Shown piece by piece: positions 58,937-64,000 of a stretch of 64,000 bases of DNA. Position 1 is the stretch's first letter; every line of letters starts with the position of its first letter. The position numbers and the translations under genes were made by a program. The DNA comes from an uncultured virus (IMG/VR IMGVR_UViG_3300042556_001362) (taxonomy: Duplodnaviria; Heunggongvirae; Uroviricota; Caudoviricetes), in IMG/VR virus record IMGVR_UViG_3300042556_001362; one strand, written 5' to 3'. The notes beneath the pieces were generated by a model. The model did no database searches. It saw only the letters and a program-made list of their open reading frames with translations, and was not told the origin of the DNA.

Positions 58937-61063
58937 TTATGCTTCGATATAAGTTTTGCTTACTTTAACAGCAGTATCTGCTGATGCACCAGTTACCTGA
59001 AGAAGAACGTTTCCACTGCTGTAAACAGCGTTAGTTGTTCCTAGTTCAGCATTGCTGATTACATCTGCATACTCTGTTAAGTAAACGGAATTGTTTCCAT
59101 CAACTGTAACAAGTAATTCAATTACTTCAATATCATTACCCTTTTTCATTTGTACGATATATTTAGCACTTGAGTATGTAGTTGCTGACCATGTATCAAT
59201 TGTTGTTGCTGAAGTTGAAGCGGTAGCAAGAGCAGATCCAAGAAGAACATCTGGAAGAGCAATACTTGTAGCAGTTGCTGCACCAAGAGTTGGTGTAGTA
59301 AAGGTTGGACTGTTAGTAAATGCTACTGTTCCAGATCCTGCTTCATCAGTTAATGCTGATGCAAGGTTTGCAGAAGATGGAGTTGCAAGGAATGTTGCCA
59401 CGCCTTCTCCAAGACCTGAAATACCAGTTGCTACTGGAAGACCAGTTGCATTTGTTAAAGTTGCTGCTGATGGAGTTCCAAGATCAGGAGTTGTTAATGT
59501 TGGTGATGTTAGTGTCTTGTTTGTAAGGGTTTGTGTACCTGTTAATGTTACTACAGTTGAATCAATATCAAGAGTGTTTCCAGTCTTGTCTAATCCTGTA
59601 CCCGCAACAATTTGTCCTAAACCAGTAAACTGAGTAAAGGTAAGTGCTGTAGTTCCAACTGTGATTGCACCATTATTGGTTAATGTATAACCTTGATCAG
59701 CGTTTACAGTTCCTTGTTCTACGAATACTGCAAAGTTTGCAGTAACTTCTGCACCTGAATCTGCATCAGTTGAACGATCTGGGGCACCAGATGCCTTAAC
59801 AACGTAGATACCGTTTTCTGAACCAGTTGACTGATCTTTAACAAGAACACGATCTCCAGTAGCAAGAGTTACGCCATCAAGGACATCTCCATTTTCAAGA
59901 TCAGAAGCAAGTGTTACGTTAGCAGTTGTTGCTGCTCGTACAGATGCTTTCCAGTCAATACCTTGTGCTGCTGAGTCTACATAAGACTTTGTTGCTGCAT
60001 CTGTTGCATCTGTAGGAGTTCCAAGACCTGTAATCTTGTTTGTACCCATTGCGATTGCGCCAGACATTGTTCCACCAGCAAGTGCTAACTTAGCAGCAAG
60101 ATCTGTTGTAAGATTTGCAATCTTAGACTGAGCGATTGCAGCAGCAGAATTAATGTCTGCATCTACAATTGTGTCATTAGCAATCTTTGCTGAGGTTACT
60201 GCACCGTCTGCAATTTTTGCTGTTTCTACAGAGTCTGCAGCAAGTTTACCAGCAGTTACGTTAGCATCTGTAATCTTTGCTGTGGTTACTGCGCCATCTG
60301 CAAGTTTGCCAGTGGTTACGTTTAGGTCTGTAATCTTTGCTGTGGTTACTGCACTATCTGCAATCTCTGCTGTATTTACAGCACTATCTGCAATCTTAGC
60401 ATTTGTAACTGAGTTTGCAGCAAGTTTTGCATCTGTTACGTTAGCATCAAGAATCTTTGCAGTTGTAACTGAGTCTGCAGCCAACTTTGCTGCTGTTACG
60501 TTTGAGTCTGTAATCTTTGCAGTTGTAACTGAGTCTGCAGCAAGTTTTGCTTCTGTTACGTTAGCATCTGTAATTTTTGCTGTAGTTACTGAATCTGTAG
60601 CAAGTTTTGCTGCAGTTACGTTTGCATCTGTAATTTTTACGGTAGTTACTGAATCTGAAGCAAGCATTGTTGCTGTAACTGTACCAGTATCACCAGATGT
60701 AACTACGGTACCTGTTACGTTAGGAAGTGTAATTGTACGATCTGCTGTTGGGTCTGCAACTGTAAGAGTTGTCTCGTAGTCATCTGCTGTTGCGCCTTCA
60801 AACACAATGCTTGATTCAAAAACACCAACTGCTGCTGGTGCTTTCCAGGCAATTCCATTTGTTGCATTTGAGTCTGCAGTAAGAACATAGTTATCGGTTC
60901 CAACGGCGAGACGAGTTACTGCGTCTGCAGCAGATGCTACTAGTAAATCACCTTTTGCGTCTACTAATGCTTCTGTTAATATATCGTGAGAGTTAACGGT
61001 CGCAGTTGATCCTTCAACTACCAGTCCCGCTTTTACTCTAAAATCTTTTGTTACGGTTGCCAT
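58937..61063 (-). CDS. Tail fibre protein
   Basis: 10-aa-period VT.AK[IL] repeats, DAATKSYVD, GDRVLVKDQSTGSENGIY, TLTNKTL. Confidence 0.8.
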   Translation of the reverse strand: MATVTKDFRVKAGLVVEGSTATVNSHDILTEALVDAKGDLLVASAADAVTRLAVGTDNYVLTADSNATNGIAWKAPAAVGVFESSIVFEGATADDYETTLTVADPTADRTITLPNVTGTVVTSGDTGTVTATMLASDSVTTVKITDANVTAAKLATDSVTTAKITDANVTEAKLAADSVTTAKITDSNVTAAKLAADSVTTAKILDANVTDAKLAANSVTNAKIADSAVNTAEIADSAVTTAKITDLNVTTGKLADGAVTTAKITDANVTAGKLAADSVETAKIADGAVTSAKIANDTIVDADINSAAAIAQSKIANLTTDLAAKLALAGGTMSGAIAMGTNKITGLGTPTDATDAATKSYVDSAAQGIDWKASVRAATTANVTLASDLENGDVLDGVTLATGDRVLVKDQSTGSENGIYVVKASGAPDRSTDADSGAEVTANFAVFVEQGTVNADQGYTLTNNGAITVGTTALTFTQFTGLGQIVAGTGLDKTGNTLDIDSTVVTLTGTQTLTNKTLTSPTLTTPDLGTPSAATLTNATGLPVATGISGLGEGVATFLATPSSANLASALTDEAGSGTVAFTNSPTFTTPTLGAATATSIALPDVLLGSALATASTSATTIDTWSATTYSSAKYIVQMKKGNDIEVIELLVTVDGNNSVYLTEYADVISNAELGTTNAVYSSGNVLLQVTGASADTAVKVSKTYIEA
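60150..60680 (-). repeat. Coding tandem repeat (30/60-bp period)
   Basis: Repeated ADSVTTAKITDANVTAAKLA-like units; boundaries approximate. Confidence 0.8.
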
Positions 61064-61078
61064 CTTTTATCTCCTTGG

Positions 61079-61525
61079 TTAAGCCTTTAATCCCATACGC
61101 ATGTAGCGTAGAGTTATAGGGGTTTGTCCTCCCACTGGAACAACAGTTAGTGAAACTGTATCTCCAGCCCGTGAAACAGAGATGGTGCCAATATTCCCAT
61201 CGTTGTCTATCGTTGCATATTCTGTAACTGAAACACCTGTTCCATCTACAAGAATATTCATCTCTGTGGCGTAATATTTATTTGCGCCTCCAGAAGTCTT
61301 TTTAATTGAGATTACATATCTCATTGATCTAAATTCGCTTGCTAAAAAGTTGTCAAATACTGTTGAATTTTCAATGCCATTAATTGTTGATTCGTTATTT
61401 CCAGAACTACCCAAATCTGTTGCTTGTGCTGACAGGGTGTCAATTAAATCAACATAGTTTTCCTGGGTTGGTCTATCTCCAGTTTGAAATAATGCTTTTA
61501 CTGCTGAGAGCGATACTTTAGCCAT
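61079..61525 (-). CDS. Virion-associated protein
   Basis: FQTGDRPTQENYVDLID; C-half resembles the C-terminus of 58937-61063; TGATATAAT 6 nt upstream (61532-61540). Confidence 0.6.
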   Translation of the reverse strand: MAKVSLSAVKALFQTGDRPTQENYVDLIDTLSAQATDLGSSGNNESTINGIENSTVFDNFLASEFRSMRYVISIKKTSGGANKYYATEMNILVDGTGVSVTEYATIDNDGNIGTISVSRAGDTVSLTVVPVGGQTPITLRYMRMGLKA

Positions 61526-61545
61526 ATAGGAATTATATCATATTA

Positions 61546-61767
61546 TTAAAGAATATAGTTATTAATTCCAATAATTTGAAGTCCAATTCCAGGTACTCCA
61601 GAATATGGAGAAGGTATTCCAATTGTAGTAAATCTAATTCTAAAAGGTAAAATTTCACTAATTTTTATTCCAGTGTTTATTGGAATAATTTTAGCAACTG
61701 CGTAATCTACTGACTCAATCTTTTTGGTTCTTTGTGTAGTTTCATCAATAATTATTGCTAAAGCCAT
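61546..61767 (-). CDS. Hypothetical protein
   Basis: 73 aa, coupled to the upstream gene. Confidence 0.5.
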   Translation of the reverse strand: MALAIIIDETTQRTKKIESVDYAVAKIIPINTGIKISEILPFRIRFTTIGIPSPYSGVPGIGLQIIGINNYIL

Positions 61768-62177
61768 TACGACTCGCTATTTGTTACATCTTCAATAATT
61801 ATCATTGTTCCTCTGGCTACCGTCCAAACCCTACTCTCATCACTTAATTCAATATCAAAGATATCGCCAGTCTCTAGCATTGTTGAATCATTTGCACTTA
61901 GTGAAACTGTAAACTCTCCGTCTAAATCTGTTTCTGTTGGAGAAGGTGCTAATTCTACAATTAACTCTGCATCATCTGTAAACTCTCCTGGTTTAGTATT
62001 TGGTCTTTTAATTTCCATTGCAATGTTCCAGTCTTCAATAACTAATGGATCTTTATTGTCGTCTGTTACATATACTCTAAATGCTGCAGTGTCTCCTCTA
62101 ACTACCGTCCAAGTTACGGTAGGTGGTGTTAAGCCAACAGAATAAGAACTTTGTTGTTGTGATCTCAGTATTGCCAT
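61767..62177 (-). CDS. BppU-N-like baseplate upper protein
   Basis: VVRGDTAAFRVYVTDD...GEFTVSLS...FDIEL...TVARG; TAATG overlap at 62177. Confidence 0.55.
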   Translation of the reverse strand: MAILRSQQQSSYSVGLTPPTVTWTVVRGDTAAFRVYVTDDNKDPLVIEDWNIAMEIKRPNTKPGEFTDDAELIVELAPSPTETDLDGEFTVSLSANDSTMLETGDIFDIELSDESRVWTVARGTMIIIEDVTNSES

Positions 62178-62698
62178 TATGATAAACCTGCTTTCAGTGA
62201 TCCCCATGTGCCGTTGCCTTTTGGCTGACCAACAACTAATATTCCAGTTGTTGCGTTAGACTTTCCTACTATTGCTACCGCACCAGAACCAGTTGCTGGC
62301 TGTGTTGCTGTTAGTCCTCCACCATCTGCAACATAAAGAACATTTCCAGCGGTAAAAGAAGTTGTATTTGCATCAAGAATTACTCCAGAGATAGTAACAA
62401 CGCCATCTGAGTTATTTGCAATTGCAGAACTTGTTAATCCTAATACTGGAAATGTACTAATATTATCGGAATCACATTTTTCAATTGTTGTTTTTGTATT
62501 AAATCCAGTTACATAAACTGGTGTTGCTTTTGCAATTGTTGAACCACTTATATTTCTAACTTCTATTGTATGATTTACAAGAATAGGCAAGATAAGTTCG
62601 ATTTGCTCTGCTAATTCTTGTAAATCTCCATGAATATCTACTGGATCGCTAGAAAGCGGATAAGGAAGGTCATAGTTTGCAGTTACACCAGTTGCCAT
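62177..62698 (-). CDS. Putative virion protein
   Basis: TANYDLPYP...ELAEQIE N-terminus plus capsid-cement-like beta domain; start at 62698. Confidence 0.55.
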   Translation of the reverse strand: MATGVTANYDLPYPLSSDPVDIHGDLQELAEQIELILPILVNHTIEVRNISGSTIAKATPVYVTGFNTKTTIEKCDSDNISTFPVLGLTSSAIANNSDGVVTISGVILDANTTSFTAGNVLYVADGGGLTATQPATGSGAVAIVGKSNATTGILVVGQPKGNGTWGSLKAGLS

Positions 62699-62707
62699 AA
62701 TCTTATT

Positions 62708-62716
62708 ATTATACCA
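62708..62716 (-). promoter_or_regulatory. Extended -10 promoter TGGTATAAT
   Basis: 9 nt before ATG 62698; divergent from the plus-strand promoter. Confidence 0.6.
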
Positions 62717-62763
62717 CTTCATACTGTAATATTTTTAATAAATGTTCGGGTATATTGATAAAG

Positions 62764-62793
62764 TTGACTTAAATCCCTAAATCATGTTATAAT
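62764..62793 (+). promoter_or_regulatory. SigA-type promoter TTGACT-N18-TATAAT with TG extension
   Basis: Near-consensus -35 and -10 upstream of the only plus-strand gene. Confidence 0.75.
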
Positions 62794-62840
62794 TAATGTA
62801 CTACCGAAAGGTAGTTTTTGTTTCTAAGGAGGTAACACTA

Positions 62841-63392
62841 ATGAGAAACATTGAAAAAAAGGTTTGGTTGGGGTTACTATCTATCGTTGGCTTGGTTGCG
62901 CCTTTTAGCAATTCTGCTAATGCTTTAGATAATAATTTATTGACTAAACCATCCGTTGAAGCCGTTCCAGCCCCTACAGGGGCTTTTCTGGTTTCTAAGG
63001 AGAGTATATTAAAAAAATATGAAAATGCTCATAAATTAACTGATAGCCAGTTAGTTGACCTATTGAAGGCTATAGGGTTTAAAGGTGATAAATTAAGAAC
63101 AGCATGTGCAATTGCAAAGGCTGAATCTAATGGAAGACCTTTTGCTTTTAATGGCAACTCAGAAACTGGAGATAGTTCTTATGGAGTATTTCAAATAAAC
63201 ATGATAGGAAAACTGGGTCCTGATCGTAGAGAAAAATTCGATCTTGACTCTAACGTTGAATTATTTAACCCAGTTACTAATTCACAAATAACATTTCACA
63301 TGACTAAGGGTGGTAAAGATTGGTCAGCATGGAGTTCTGTGAACGGACCACGGTACCAAGAATGGTACAACAAGTATCCATGTAAAGCGTAA
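62841..63392 (+). CDS. Secreted lysozyme-like/lytic transglycosylase protein
   Basis: SD AAGGAGG; signal peptide ending SANA; AIAKAESNG...SYGVFQIN...LFNPVTN...DWSAW. Confidence 0.85.
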   Translation: MRNIEKKVWLGLLSIVGLVAPFSNSANALDNNLLTKPSVEAVPAPTGAFLVSKESILKKYENAHKLTDSQLVDLLKAIGFKGDKLRTACAIAKAESNGRPFAFNGNSETGDSSYGVFQINMIGKLGPDRREKFDLDSNVELFNPVTNSQITFHMTKGGKDWSAWSSVNGPRYQEWYNKYPCKA

Positions 63393-63403
63393 AGATTAAA
63401 TAT

Positions 63404-63441
63404 AAAAATACCCTCCTTGCTTTTGGTTTGGAGGGTTTTTA
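63404..63441. terminator. Bidirectional terminator between convergent genes
   Basis: ACCCTCC (63410-63416)/GGAGGGT (63430-63436) flanked by A and T tracts. Confidence 0.7.
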
Positions 63442-64000
63442 TTTGTCTCGTCTTGGAGGCATCCCAAGAGATCTATGTTCTACAAATACGTGCGAAACAT
63501 AATTTGGAATAAACTCTAAATATTTTGTGTCTATTCCAGACTCTATAAAAAACGCAGAAACTTTTTCTTTTGGAACGTCTAGTTGTCCAGACATCAACAT
63601 AGAAAGCCTGTTAGTTGATTCTTCAACATGTTTCCAATAAGGTTCTTTTCTGTCGTCTGCCCAAGGTCTAAGGATTTCTCTTGTTACCGAACCGTTTGCT
63701 TGACGGTGTGACTGATTATGAAAAACATCTCTTGTTCCAATAGAGTATATTTTCCAATTTTTTGCATAAGTTCTTAATGATAAAGCAAACTCTTCTGTGT
63801 TAAAAGATTCTTCATCATTAATTCCAACTTCGTTAACCCATTTTTTAGGTGCAAAAAGATAACAACATGTTGCCCAATATGAACGCACAACTTGATCTAT
63901 TTCTAATACACTGTATCCTGGAAATTTAAAGCCTGGAATTAATTCAGCAAAAAAAGAACCGTACATGGATGATTTGACTATTGCATCAAGATTAATTGCA
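63439..64000 (-). CDS. GT-A glycosyltransferase resembling Skp1-hydroxyproline GlcNAc transferase (Gnt1-like), 5'-partial
   Basis: Frame open to the window end (AINLDAIVKSSMY); CCYLFAPKKWVNEVG...FNTEEFALSLRTYAKNWKIY...VFH. Confidence 0.6.
   Translation of the reverse strand, partial: AINLDAIVKSSMYGSFFAELIPGFKFPGYSVLEIDQVVRSYWATCCYLFAPKKWVNEVGINDEESFNTEEFALSLRTYAKNWKIYSIGTRDVFHNQSHRQANGSVTREILRPWADDRKEPYWKHVEESTNRLSMLMSGQLDVPKEKVSAFFIESGIDTKYLEFIPNYVSHVFVEHRSLGMPPRRDK

Noticed and set aside
56839..60779. Long plus-strand ORFs over the tail fibres
   Set aside because: Antisense mirror frames of Ala/Thr/Val-rich repetitive genes
62794..62840. c-di-AMP (ydaO) riboswitch before the muralytic gene
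   Set aside because: The leader is only about 40 nt and holds a single small hairpin
1..64000. Alternative genetic code or tRNA genes
   Set aside because: Standard code gives dense, full-length genes, and the gaps are short with no cloverleaf recognised

Overview
This window is 64 kb of an AT-rich, large tailed-phage (siphovirus-type) genome. Every credible gene is on the minus strand except one lysozyme-like gene. Gene content (DnaE polymerase, RecA, Cas4-like nuclease, monomeric class II RNR, terminase far from portal) and short or leaderless extended -10 promoters point to an actinobacterial phage; host assignment is inference. From left to right it holds two secreted surface proteins, terminase, a recombination/replication module, tail and head genes, nrdJ, an accessory modification island, tail fibres, the lysozyme-like gene and a partial glycosyltransferase. 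The most interesting candidate system is at 48.6-56.3 kb plus 63.4-64 kb. It has six prolyl-4-hydroxylase-like 2OG-Fe(II) oxygenases, an SDR and two DUF6065-like proteins directly downstream of an FN3 protein ending in a 61-residue pure Pro/Phe tract (PPFF/PFF). A gene resembling Skp1-hydroxyproline GlcNAc transferases lies nearby. Together these suggest a phage-encoded hydroxyproline/glycosylation or RiPP-like pathway. A second oddity is that the tail assembly chaperones G and G-T appear to be two separate paralogous genes rather than a frameshift pair. No tRNA, CRISPR array, intron or intein was recognised. All family calls come from motif recognition, not database searches.
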